Position numbers and translations under genes: made by a program. From positions 1-64,000 of the forward strand of contig JBCNUW010000006.1 in assembly GCA_039630575.1 (NCBI GenBank): a stretch of DNA of 64,000 bases, given 5' to 3'. The notes under the pieces are model-generated. The model saw nothing but the letters and a program-made list of their open reading frames with translations. It made no database searches and had not been told where the DNA came from. Within the stretch, counting starts at the first letter, position 1. Each line of letters begins with the position of its first letter. The DNA comes from Candidatus Hydrothermales bacterium (lineage in GTDB: Bacteria > Hydrothermota > Hydrothermia > Hydrothermales > JAJRUZ01). Shown here in pieces: positions 29,311 through 38,778 of the stretch.

Positions 29311-30688
29311 GAAATTAGTTTTCCTTCTTTCAATAATTTTTTATATTTTTATTTATTTTCTGTTTTATCCTTCTTTTTATTCCTTTGTTGATGAAAGAGT
29401 TTACATAATACAGGCTCAAAGGCTCTTAGAGCTAAAATTGAATTTTCCCGAATGGACAAGTGGTTTTGCTATATATGAAGGTAGAATCGGAGTTACATCA
29501 CGTTATCCCCCTTATTATTCCCTTCTGTTTCTTTCGATTCCCTTAAATTTTGGATTAGATTATATTTTTTTAGTATCACTTTTTATCCATATTGCTTCAA
29601 GTTTTCTTTTCTACAAAATTTTAGAAATCTATAAAATTAATCCTTTATTTTCTATTTTTTATATTTTTCACCCTTCTTTTGTTCTATTTTCAAGAACAGT
29701 AATGGCTGATTTTCCTTCCTCTTTTTTGTTTCTGTTAACTTTTTATCTTCATTTAAAACAGAGGTATCTTTTTTCCTATATAACTTTTTTTCTTTTTTCT
29801 CTTTTAAAGCCAACTAATTTTTTATACTCGTTTATTTTCATTTATGACTCTTTAATTAAAAGAGAGTATAAGAATTTAATACACTATTTTATCCTGACTT
29901 TTCTCTCTGTTTCTTTGATTTTCATTTATATTTTTTTTGTATATGGTAGAAAACATCCTGGTTTCGATTTTTCTATTAATTATTTTTGGGGAAATTTAAG
30001 AACCTACTTCTTTTACCTTAATATAAATTATCCTTTACTATTAATTATTGGACTGTTGGGAATAAAAAAAATTAATAATTTAAAAATTTTGCTACCTAGT
30101 TTTTTACCTTCTATTTTAGTTTTTCTTTTTTATGTTTATCGTTATGAAATACCTGAAAATATAATATTATCTTCTATTGCTGGTTTAAGATTCTTTTTGC
30201 CTTTTTTAACATTTCTCCTTATTGGATATTCAAAAAATTTTCATATGATTTTTAAGGATAAATTAGAAAAATTTTTTATTGTTTCTGTTTTTCCTGCTTT
30301 TTTAATTTTTACATTCGTTATGATGAAAAAGCATAACGAATATCTGTTAAATTTCAAAGAAACAAAAGATCTTGTTTATAGATACACAAAAGAAGATGAT
30401 CTACTTGTTACTCACCTTGAAGTTTCTAAATTGCTTTTGCCAGTTTGGGGTAAAAGAGAAAATATGCACTTTACTGACTTTAAAAAATTTACATTTTATG
30501 AAAATTTAGTAAAGAGAAAAAAAGATTTACCTGACTCTTTCTTACTAGTTTACAGTTTAAAATCAGCTGAGAAAAATCTTTCTTTTATTAAAGTCTATGC
30601 TGATTCAATTTTAAAGATTTTTCCCAAAAATTATCTTTTGTTTCATAATGATTATCTTTACATTTTCCGTGTTTATAAAAACTTTTAA
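29300..30688 (+). CDS. Polytopic membrane protein, probable GT-C glycosyltransferase
   Basis: TM1 followed by DERVY, SRYPP, VMADFPS; about 11 TM helices. Confidence 0.6.
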   Translation: MKNEKLVFLLSIIFYIFIYFLFYPSFYSFVDERVYIIQAQRLLELKLNFPEWTSGFAIYEGRIGVTSRYPPYYSLLFLSIPLNFGLDYIFLVSLFIHIASSFLFYKILEIYKINPLFSIFYIFHPSFVLFSRTVMADFPSSFLFLLTFYLHLKQRYLFSYITFFLFSLLKPTNFLYSFIFIYDSLIKREYKNLIHYFILTFLSVSLIFIYIFFVYGRKHPGFDFSINYFWGNLRTYFFYLNINYPLLLIIGLLGIKKINNLKILLPSFLPSILVFLFYVYRYEIPENIILSSIAGLRFFLPFLTFLLIGYSKNFHMIFKDKLEKFFIVSVFPAFLIFTFVMMKKHNEYLLNFKETKDLVYRYTKEDDLLVTHLEVSKLLLPVWGKRENMHFTDFKKFTFYENLVKRKKDLPDSFLLVYSLKSAEKNLSFIKVYADSILKIFPKNYLLFHNDYLYIFRVYKNF

Positions 30689-32063
30689 TCCACATCCCAA
30701 TAGAACTCCAAAATATAACACCTATTAGATATTGAGTTAAAAGTTGACCTATGGAAATAAAAAGTATTAAAATTAGTGGAAATTTTACATTCTCTTTTAT
30801 ATCTCTGGTTGAATTAATACTTTTAAAAATAATTGATACAACAAGATAGATAAGTAGAAAACCTCCTATGATTCCACATGCTGAAAACATTCCAAAAAAA
30901 GTTGAATCACCTGTAGCAGGAAAACCACCTAATCTTACAGATGCTCTTGTTGCAACTCCTAGACCTGCGCCAAATGGGTTCTTAGTAAAAGTGTGTATTA
31001 ATACCTTTTTCCATGTTTCTAATCTAGGATAAATTGAGGATCCTCTCATCAGTGGGTCAAAGATTCCCTGTAAAAACCTTCCAGTATATGTTTTTGAATT
31101 ATAAGTTGAGGAAAAGTCAACAGTAGATACAATAATTGTAAACAAAAATGCAAATATTAAAGAAAATTTTATGAAATTTTTCATATTGTTACTTTTGTTT
31201 AATATTATTAGAAAAATGGAAGAAATTAAAAAGGCATAAATTGAAGATCTCACTCCAGATATGATAACCCCTATTAAAAATAGCAATGTAAGTAAATATT
31301 TTAATTTATTTTTTATAAAAAATAGGCTTACAATAGCAGAAATTCCCATAAACTGACCAAATTCTGAGATACTTGAAAAAAAAGAAAAGGGCCTTATGTT
31401 TCCACCTAATATTTCAAGAACCTGAGTGTATTCACCCTTTATACTGAAAAGCCATTTTTTTTCAAAGAAAAAGAATTTTGCTTTTAGTTGAAAGTAAGAA
31501 TATATTAATGAAATTAAACCTGTAATAATAATAAAATACCTTATTCTTTTAAAGTTTTTGTTTTCTATTATATATGCAAAATAAGAAAAAAGCGAAGGCA
31601 GAAGTAGAAACTTTGTTCCTCCAAAACCAGAAAATAAAGATCCCTGTATAGGGTTAAAAACTTGAATAAACATTACAACTTGTAAGAAAAATAAAATTTT
31701 AAATTCAGTATATGAAAGCAACTTTTTAAATTCATCAATTTTTGAAATGAAAAGATAGGTAAACAAGAATAAAGTCAAAATATCGGGTACAAGATAAAGG
31801 AGTTCAATTGGCTGATACTCTTCATAGATTAGTATTAATCTTCTTAAAAAAGGCATAAAAAGTAAGTAAGTTAATATGTAAAAAAAACCTAAAGAGAGAT
31901 TTAAAATTATTAGAACAGTGCCGAGAAAAGTGAAAAAAATAAATAGAAAGTTTCTTATATTTAAGTTAATCAAAAAGTTAATTTCTATAAATGAAACAAT
32001 AATTGTAATGATTATTAAAAATAAATTAATATTTTTTAAAATTCTTCCCTTAAATCTATCCAT
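30588..32063 (-). CDS. O-antigen ligase/polymerase-like membrane protein (paralog 2)
   Basis: IRPFSFF, SGVRSS, R..TW, NPFGAGLG. Start moved to ATG 32063 to limit overlap. Confidence 0.7.
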   Translation of the reverse strand: MDRFKGRILKNINLFLIIITIIVSFIEINFLINLNIRNFLFIFFTFLGTVLIILNLSLGFFYILTYLLFMPFLRRLILIYEEYQPIELLYLVPDILTLFLFTYLFISKIDEFKKLLSYTEFKILFFLQVVMFIQVFNPIQGSLFSGFGGTKFLLLPSLFSYFAYIIENKNFKRIRYFIIITGLISLIYSYFQLKAKFFFFEKKWLFSIKGEYTQVLEILGGNIRPFSFFSSISEFGQFMGISAIVSLFFIKNKLKYLLTLLFLIGVIISGVRSSIYAFLISSIFLIILNKSNNMKNFIKFSLIFAFLFTIIVSTVDFSSTYNSKTYTGRFLQGIFDPLMRGSSIYPRLETWKKVLIHTFTKNPFGAGLGVATRASVRLGGFPATGDSTFFGMFSACGIIGGFLLIYLVVSIIFKSINSTRDIKENVKFPLILILFISIGQLLTQYLIGVIFWSSIGMWIKSFYKHGKCKDNHYETKDNFWEKSLKLNQHRL

Positions 32064-33460
32064 CTTAATAAAATCCCCATTGAAAGCCAGAAAAAGGCTC
32101 CCTGAAAGTATGTAACTATCCATTGCCCCATAAATATTGAAACAAAGCCTATCCACAGAGCAAGCATAATCCTGTCCTGTCTGTAGACTACCAATTTTAA
32201 AAATCCTTTAATAACTACATAAAAAGCTAAAAACATGAGACTTAAAAATCCAAAAATTCCACAAGAGTAAAGCATTGAAAAAAAAGTACTTTCAATATGT
32301 AAGGCATATCCTCCAAACCTTCTTGATGCTAAAGTTGAAACTCCTATACCATGTCCAAATGGATTTTTTAGCATATTTATAAAGGCGTTCCTCCATAACT
32401 TTAAACGGTGAACAAAAGATGAGCCTTTAGCTGCTGGATCAACAATTCCCTGTAAAAAGTGCTCAACGTACACAGGGTTTACCCCCACTATTCTTAAATT
32501 TAACTCCTGAAGTGATGTTCCTGAGATAAAATTAATGAGGATTAAAATAAAAAAATAGTATAAAAAAATAGTAGGCAAAACCCTTTTTGAAATTTTAAAA
32601 ATTATAAGGAGAGGAGACAAGAAAAGGAATACAAAAGGACCAGCCCTTACATTGACGTAAAAACTAGCTAAGGCATATATAAAAAGCCTTATAAGAGTAA
32701 ATAAGATACCTGGAGACAACTTGCTCATTGCAATCTCTATTAATGCTACTGTTGCTAAGAAAAGGGAAAACTCATTTGGACTTGGAAAGAAAGAAAAAGG
32801 TCTTATCCTGTTGCCAAGGAAAAGTGAATGCATTCCTGAATTTTTTGCCCAAAGAACTTCAAAATCAAAAAAACCTTTGTGAAATTGGTAAATAGCATAA
32901 AGTGAAGAAATTAAAGCAAGCCATGTTAGAGTTTTAAAGAGAACTTTTAAAGTATTCCTATCTATCCCAAGTGCAACGTAAGCTAAAAGAGAAGGAACCA
33001 AAAGGAATTTTGAGCCTGTTAATCCAATCATTAAGTTGCCTTGTAAAGGGTTGAATATTTGAATGAAGAAAATTATTTGAAGAAAAAGTAAAACTTTAAA
33101 AGTAAAACTTTTTTTAAAAGTAACTAAAATTTTTTCTCTATACCTATTTAAAACTACAAGGAACATAACGATAGTAACAACATCTGTTACAAGATATGTT
33201 GGTTCAAAAAAAGTAAAACCTTGAATTGAGAAGAGGACTCTTTTTAAAAAGGCCATAAAAACTATAAAAGAGAAAAGATATAAAACTCCAAATTTTATTG
33301 ATGTTGCTATCGCTGCTGAAATTGAAAAGAAAAAGATTGAAAAAGGTATCCTTATATTACCCTCGGAGATACTTTTACCTGAAAAATATATGAAAAAAAT
33401 TGTAAACGCTAATACTAAAAGACTTTTAAATAAAATTTTTATATGATCTCTATCAGGCAT
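32036..33460 (-). CDS. O-antigen ligase/polymerase-like membrane protein (paralog 1)
   Basis: IRPFSFF, SSFVHRLKLW, NPFGHGIG. Confidence 0.72.
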   Translation of the reverse strand: MPDRDHIKILFKSLLVLAFTIFFIYFSGKSISEGNIRIPFSIFFFSISAAIATSIKFGVLYLFSFIVFMAFLKRVLFSIQGFTFFEPTYLVTDVVTIVMFLVVLNRYREKILVTFKKSFTFKVLLFLQIIFFIQIFNPLQGNLMIGLTGSKFLLVPSLLAYVALGIDRNTLKVLFKTLTWLALISSLYAIYQFHKGFFDFEVLWAKNSGMHSLFLGNRIRPFSFFPSPNEFSLFLATVALIEIAMSKLSPGILFTLIRLFIYALASFYVNVRAGPFVFLFLSPLLIIFKISKRVLPTIFLYYFFILILINFISGTSLQELNLRIVGVNPVYVEHFLQGIVDPAAKGSSFVHRLKLWRNAFINMLKNPFGHGIGVSTLASRRFGGYALHIESTFFSMLYSCGIFGFLSLMFLAFYVVIKGFLKLVVYRQDRIMLALWIGFVSIFMGQWIVTYFQGAFFWLSMGILLRWIDLREEF

Positions 33461-34521
33461 TTTAATGTTTCCTCGACCATCTTTTTAGCCGTAAATAAGC
33501 TCTTATATCTTTTATATCCTTTTTCACCCATTTCTTTCATTAAGTTTTTGTTATTGTAATATAAAAGTATTTTATCACAAATGTCTTTAATATTTAAATT
33601 TGCTATTAATCCTGCTTCTCCTACTATTTCAGGTAAAGCTTCTACATTACTTATTATTACAGGTTTTTTCATAGCCATAGCCTCCACAACAACTCTACCA
33701 AATCCCTCTCTCACTCGTGGTATGTGAAGAAAAACATCACATTCTCTGTAAAAGGAAAAAATATCTCTCCTTTTCCCCCATAAAGTAACATTTTTTATAT
33801 TTTCTTTTTTTATTTTATCTATAAGTTTTTTTTTGAAATTAATCTCACCTGGATGAATTGCATCACCCACAATCCAGAAATCAAAGTCCTTTAATTTTTT
33901 AGCACATTCAACAACAAGATCCTGAGATTTCCAGTATTGAATATTACCTACTGTTAATATCGTAAATCTTTTCTTTTTAATCTTATTCTCCTCAATTTTA
34001 TCTTGAATTTCTAGTCCATTATACACAACCTTTACTTTATTTTTAAAGGGGAAAAAATTTTTAACTGCATTTGAAACAGCAATTATCCTATCAGGGAAAA
34101 TCGAAAAAAACTTAAATATATATTTTGAACTTTCCTCAGGTACATCTCTAAAGTGCCATATAAGCTTTTTTTTCTTTCTTAAAAAAAATAGAGAAAAAAG
34201 TAAATGCATCTTCATAGAATGTGTGTATATTAAATGGGGATCGAAATCACTTATGATTTCTCTCAATTTTTTTAAAATTCTGGGTAATTGACTTTTGAAT
34301 AAGGGTAAAATCAGTCTTCTCTTTGTTTTCCATACTGTTGAATTTTGTAAGGGCAATATGTAAACTTTCAATCTTTTCTCTTTTGCCATTTCAGATAACT
34401 CACCTTCAGGAGCAAGAAGTGCTATTTTAAAATGCTCTTTTAAACCTAAAATGAGATCCCACATACTTTTTTCACCACCAATATGATATGGTGAATGGGT
34501 TGCAAATAGTATTCTTTTCAA
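33439..34521 (-). CDS. Glycosyltransferase family 4
   Basis: GGEKS, VVYNG, EGFGRVVVEAMAM. Confidence 0.92.
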   Translation of the reverse strand: MKRILFATHSPYHIGGEKSMWDLILGLKEHFKIALLAPEGELSEMAKEKRLKVYILPLQNSTVWKTKRRLILPLFKSQLPRILKKLREIISDFDPHLIYTHSMKMHLLFSLFFLRKKKKLIWHFRDVPEESSKYIFKFFSIFPDRIIAVSNAVKNFFPFKNKVKVVYNGLEIQDKIEENKIKKKRFTILTVGNIQYWKSQDLVVECAKKLKDFDFWIVGDAIHPGEINFKKKLIDKIKKENIKNVTLWGKRRDIFSFYRECDVFLHIPRVREGFGRVVVEAMAMKKPVIISNVEALPEIVGEAGLIANLNIKDICDKILLYYNNKNLMKEMGEKGYKRYKSLFTAKKMVEETLKCLIEII

Positions 34522-35651
34522 TCTGGATAAAATCCCTCTTTAATTTCAAAATCTTTAAGATCTTTAAATCTCTCTAAACTAAATTCCTTTGGTAATGGTA
34601 AGTTATCAATGATGCATTCAGCAAGAATTTCTGAAAGAGCTGGTGCTCTCATGATACCTAATCCGTTAAACCCACAGAATAAAAATAAATTTTCAATATC
34701 CTCAACTTTAGAGACAATTGGTTTTTTATCAGGGGTTGCAAGACAGAGAAAAGCCCATCCCCCTTTTAATAAAAATTCTTCTGCACCATCTAAGATTTTG
34801 GGTAACTTTTCTGAAAGACTAAAAAGAAATTCCTCGTCGTTATAACTTTTAAAATTGTAAATATCAGACTCTTTTCTTTCTGTACCGTCTCCGATCAGTA
34901 CATCTTTCTTTAACTCTTTTCTTAAATAAATACCATAACTTAGATCGTTATATATGGGTAAGTCTATTTCCCTTTTAAATTCTAAGATTGCTGCTTGGGT
35001 TCTGTAAGGTTTTACGTTTATTTTTATATCATGTTTTTTTAAAATTTCTTTTGACCATATACCCGTTGCAATCAAATACTTATCAAAATAAAATTTTCCT
35101 CTTTTTGTTATAAGACTTTTAACTCTATTCTGTTTTATTTCAAAGCCTTCAACTTCATTAAAGAATCTAAATTCATGATTTTTACTTTTTAAATAAACAT
35201 AGATTGAATAAAGAAGTTCACCTACATCAACATAAAGTCCATCATCAGAAACTATGTAAGTTTTTTCTTCTTTAAAAAGAGGATAGATTTTTTTTATATC
35301 TTTAAGGGTAAGAGTTTCAAATTCAATAAATTTTTTCTTCAGCAAACTCTCTATCTTAGCTTTTTCCCTATCATTTATTAGTCCTGTGACTGTTTGAAAT
35401 TTTTTTAAAAATTTATACTTGCTTTTTTTATCTATCTCATCTAAGATCTTTATTGTTCTTTTTGAAAGTTCAATATCTAACTCATCAAAAAGATGAGTAA
35501 CAACAATTCCAGCACTTTTACCAGTAGTTCCTGAGGCAAGAACCTCTTTGTCGAATATTGTTAACTTTTTAGAACCAAATTTGTCCAAGAAGTAGAGGGT
35601 CATTATGCCAGCAATACCTGAGCCGATTACACAAATTTTGTCATCCTTCAT
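34518..35651 (-). CDS. FAD-dependent oxidoreductase (DAO/sarcosine oxidase-like)
   Basis: IGSGIAG, GTTGKSAG, TPDKKPIV, GFNGLGIMRAP. Confidence 0.88.
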   Translation of the reverse strand: MKDDKICVIGSGIAGIMTLYFLDKFGSKKLTIFDKEVLASGTTGKSAGIVVTHLFDELDIELSKRTIKILDEIDKKSKYKFLKKFQTVTGLINDREKAKIESLLKKKFIEFETLTLKDIKKIYPLFKEEKTYIVSDDGLYVDVGELLYSIYVYLKSKNHEFRFFNEVEGFEIKQNRVKSLITKRGKFYFDKYLIATGIWSKEILKKHDIKINVKPYRTQAAILEFKREIDLPIYNDLSYGIYLRKELKKDVLIGDGTERKESDIYNFKSYNDEEFLFSLSEKLPKILDGAEEFLLKGGWAFLCLATPDKKPIVSKVEDIENLFLFCGFNGLGIMRAPALSEILAECIIDNLPLPKEFSLERFKDLKDFEIKEGFYPD

Positions 35652-36829
35652 GAATTTCTAAGAGCCCTATCCATATCTTTTATTATATCCTCAATATGCT
35701 CTATACCTACTGAAATTCTAATAAGACCAGGATGGATCCCAGCTTTTAAAAGTTCATTTTCATTCATTGATGAATGAGTCATTGAAGCAGGATGTTCTAC
35801 TAAAGTTTCAACTGCCCCAAGACTTACTGCTTTTACACAAAGCTCTAGTGAATTTATAAATTTCATAGCTCCTTCTTTTCCGTTTTTATGAATAAAGGAA
35901 AGCATCCCAGAAAAGCCGTTTTTCATCTGTTTTTTAGCTATTTCATGCATTTCAAAATCCTCAAGTCCTGGATAAAATACTTTCTCTACTTTCGGATGTT
36001 CTCTTAAAAACTTTGCTAATAAAAGTGCGTTATCGGAATGTGCTCTCATTCTAACTGCAAGGGTTTTTATTCCTCTCAAGGCAAGCCAGGCATTGAATGG
36101 AGAAATACAACTTCCAATGTGAGCCCTTTCTTCCTTATCAACTTCATCTAAAATTTTCTTTTCTCCAACAAGAACTCCGCCAATTAAATCCGTGTGCCCT
36201 CCCAGATATTTTGTGAGAGAGTGTATAACAATATTAGCTCCCAACTTCAAAGGTTTTTGATGATAGGGTGTTGCGAAAGTGTTGTCAACGGCTAAAATGA
36301 TGTCGTTTTCCCTTGCAATCTTTGAAGTTTCTTCTATATCAATGATATCTAAGGTTGGATTAGCTGGTGTTTCTATATATATTATTTTTGTCTTCTTATC
36401 AATTTCCTTCCTTAATTTTTTTAAAAAATCCCTTGCAGGAATACCTTTGAAATTAAAAAGATCTTTTTGTTCAAGTCTTTTAAAAAGAGAAAAAGTTCCA
36501 CCATAAACTGGATCAGAATATATTACTTTGTCTCCCCTTTTTAAAATAGCAAATATTAAAGCCGATATTGCGCCCATTCCAGAAGAAAAAGCAAGAGCTT
36601 TTTCACCCATCTCAAGTTCAGATAGTGTCTCTTCGAGAATCTTTATTGTGGGATTTGAAAGTCTTGTGTAAATAAAACCTTCCTTAGTACCAAGAAATAG
36701 TTCGCCTCCTTCTTCCGCAGATTCAAAATAAAAAGTTGATGATAAATGTAAAGGTGTTGAGATATCTCTGATTTTGTAATTTATCTTTTTACTATGCACA
36801 CATATTGTTTCAAATTTTTTCTCACTCAT
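35648..36829 (-). CDS. PLP-dependent Cys/Met metabolism enzyme, probably methionine gamma-lyase
   Basis: YTRLSNPT, FSSGMGAI, ETPANPT, DNTFATP, SLTKYLGGH, HPASMTHS. Confidence 0.88.
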   Translation of the reverse strand: MSEKKFETICVHSKKINYKIRDISTPLHLSSTFYFESAEEGGELFLGTKEGFIYTRLSNPTIKILEETLSELEMGEKALAFSSGMGAISALIFAILKRGDKVIYSDPVYGGTFSLFKRLEQKDLFNFKGIPARDFLKKLRKEIDKKTKIIYIETPANPTLDIIDIEETSKIARENDIILAVDNTFATPYHQKPLKLGANIVIHSLTKYLGGHTDLIGGVLVGEKKILDEVDKEERAHIGSCISPFNAWLALRGIKTLAVRMRAHSDNALLLAKFLREHPKVEKVFYPGLEDFEMHEIAKKQMKNGFSGMLSFIHKNGKEGAMKFINSLELCVKAVSLGAVETLVEHPASMTHSSMNENELLKAGIHPGLIRISVGIEHIEDIIKDMDRALRNS

Positions 36830-36853
36830 TTTTCCAAAATAATTTAGAGGGAT

Positions 36854-38392
36854 TTAGACCCTTTTCCAGATTTTTTCAAGTTCATATGAAATTTCGCCTA
36901 ATGTGCAATTTGCTTTAACGCAATCTATTATGTAGTCCATAAGATTCTCTTTGCCCTGTGCTTTTTCTCTTAAAGTCTCTAATTTTTCTTCTAATAGCCT
37001 TTTGTCTCTTTTTTTCTTAAATTCTTTGATTCTCTTTATTTCTTCTTTTTCACCTTTAGCTTTTATCTTGAATATCTTAATTTTCTGATCTTTTTCTGAT
37101 TTAAAAGCATTGAGGCCAACTATTATTTTCTTTTTTTCATCTATACTTTTTTGTTCTAAGTAAGCATTTTCTTCAATCCATTTTTGAAAAAGACCTTTTT
37201 CAACACACTCTGCTGCTCCTCCCCTTTCTTCAATCTCTTTTAGAAGAGAAAAAACCTCTTCTTCAATTTTTCTTGTTAAGGCCTCTACATAAAAGGAGCC
37301 ACCTAATGGATCTGTTATTTCAGCAAGACCTGTTTCATAGGCAAGAATTTGCTGTGTTCTTAAGGCAATCAGGGCTGATTCATCTGTTGGTAAAGAGAGC
37401 GCTTCGTCGAAACTGTTTGTATGTAAGCTTTGGGTTCCTCCTAAAATAGCTGCCATAGCCTGAAAGGATACTCTTATTATGTTTAAAATTGGATGCTGTG
37501 CTTGTAGTGTAGAACCAGCTGTCTGAGTGTGAAATCTCATATGCATTGCTTTTTCGTCCTTTGCACCAAATTTTTCTTTCATTATAATAGCCCATACTCT
37601 TCTTGCAGCTCTAAACTTTGCAATCTCTTCAAAAAAATTATTATGAGAAGAAAAGAAAAAGGTTATTCTTCTTCCTATAGTATCAGGATCTATACCCCTT
37701 TCCATAGTTCCTTTTACATATTCAATCGCATCTGCTATAGTAAAAGCAACCTCCTGAACAGCATTTGCTCCTTTTTCTCTGAAATGGTATCCACTTACTG
37801 AAATAGGATAAAAATTAGGAAGGTTTTTAAGTGAGAATTCTATAGCATCTATGTTAAGTCTCATAGATTCTTTTACAGGATAAATATAGTTCCCTCTTGC
37901 TGCAAATTCCTTTAAAATGTCATTTTGAATAGTTCCTCTAAGTTGATCTTTTGGAATACCTCTTTCTTCAGCAATTGCTAGGTAAAAAGCCAAGAGAATA
38001 CACGCTGTAGCATTTATAGTCATAGAAAGAGAAATTTTATCAATATCAATATCTTTTAAAACCCTTCTCATAGATTCGACACTCCAAATAGAAACCCCAA
38101 CTCTCCCAACTTCTCCCTTTGAAAGTTCGTGGTCAGGATCTAAACCAAGTTGTGTAGGTAGATCAAAGGCAAGAGATAGACCTGTTTGCCCCTCTCTTAT
38201 CATCTTTTTAAATCTCTCATTTGTCTCTTCAGGATTGCCAAAACCTGTATACTGTCTCATTGTCCATAGTTTTTTAGAGTACATCTCCTCGTAGATAGCT
38301 CTTGTAAATGGATATTTTCCTGGTTTTAGATCACCATCTAAAAATTCGTATTTGTTAAGATCTTCCCTTGAAAAGAAACTTTTATTTTTCAT
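36854..38392 (-). CDS. Methylmalonyl-CoA mutase, substrate-binding large subunit (no B12-binding domain)
   Basis: YPFTR, WTMRQY, AFDLPTQ, GTIQNDILKE, RFHTQTAG, QSLHTNSFDEA. Confidence 0.93.
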   Translation of the reverse strand: MKNKSFFSREDLNKYEFLDGDLKPGKYPFTRAIYEEMYSKKLWTMRQYTGFGNPEETNERFKKMIREGQTGLSLAFDLPTQLGLDPDHELSKGEVGRVGVSIWSVESMRRVLKDIDIDKISLSMTINATACILLAFYLAIAEERGIPKDQLRGTIQNDILKEFAARGNYIYPVKESMRLNIDAIEFSLKNLPNFYPISVSGYHFREKGANAVQEVAFTIADAIEYVKGTMERGIDPDTIGRRITFFFSSHNNFFEEIAKFRAARRVWAIIMKEKFGAKDEKAMHMRFHTQTAGSTLQAQHPILNIIRVSFQAMAAILGGTQSLHTNSFDEALSLPTDESALIALRTQQILAYETGLAEITDPLGGSFYVEALTRKIEEEVFSLLKEIEERGGAAECVEKGLFQKWIEENAYLEQKSIDEKKKIIVGLNAFKSEKDQKIKIFKIKAKGEKEEIKRIKEFKKKRDKRLLEEKLETLREKAQGKENLMDYIIDCVKANCTLGEISYELEKIWKRV

Positions 38393-38778
38393 TCTATGAT
38401 ATATAAAATATCACCTTTTTTTACAATTTTTCCCTCTTCTACAAAAACTTTTATAATTTTACCCTCTTTTTTTGCTTTTATCTCATTTTGCATCTTCATT
38501 GCTTCAATTATACAGAGTGGCTCATTTTCTCTCACATTTTCGTTTTCTTTTTTAAAGATCTTAACGATTTTACCTGACATAGGAGATAATATTTTTCCTA
38601 TCTCCTCTTTCCTTTCTTTTTCTTTTTGTTTCGCTCCTTTTGTAAGTATAAAGGAACCGAAAGGAGAATATATTAATAGATAGTTACCTTTTTCTTCTAA
38701 AAAAAAGCTTAAAAATTTGTTATTTTTAATTAATACTTTAAGCGGTGTTCCTGGCAGATCCTCTATTTTACTTTTCAT
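38389..38778 (-). CDS. Biotin carboxyl carrier protein
   Basis: SPMSGKI...IEAMKMQNEI. Confidence 0.9.
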   Translation of the reverse strand: MKSKIEDLPGTPLKVLIKNNKFLSFFLEEKGNYLLIYSPFGSFILTKGAKQKEKERKEEIGKILSPMSGKIVKIFKKENENVRENEPLCIIEAMKMQNEIKAKKEGKIIKVFVEEGKIVKKGDILYIIE

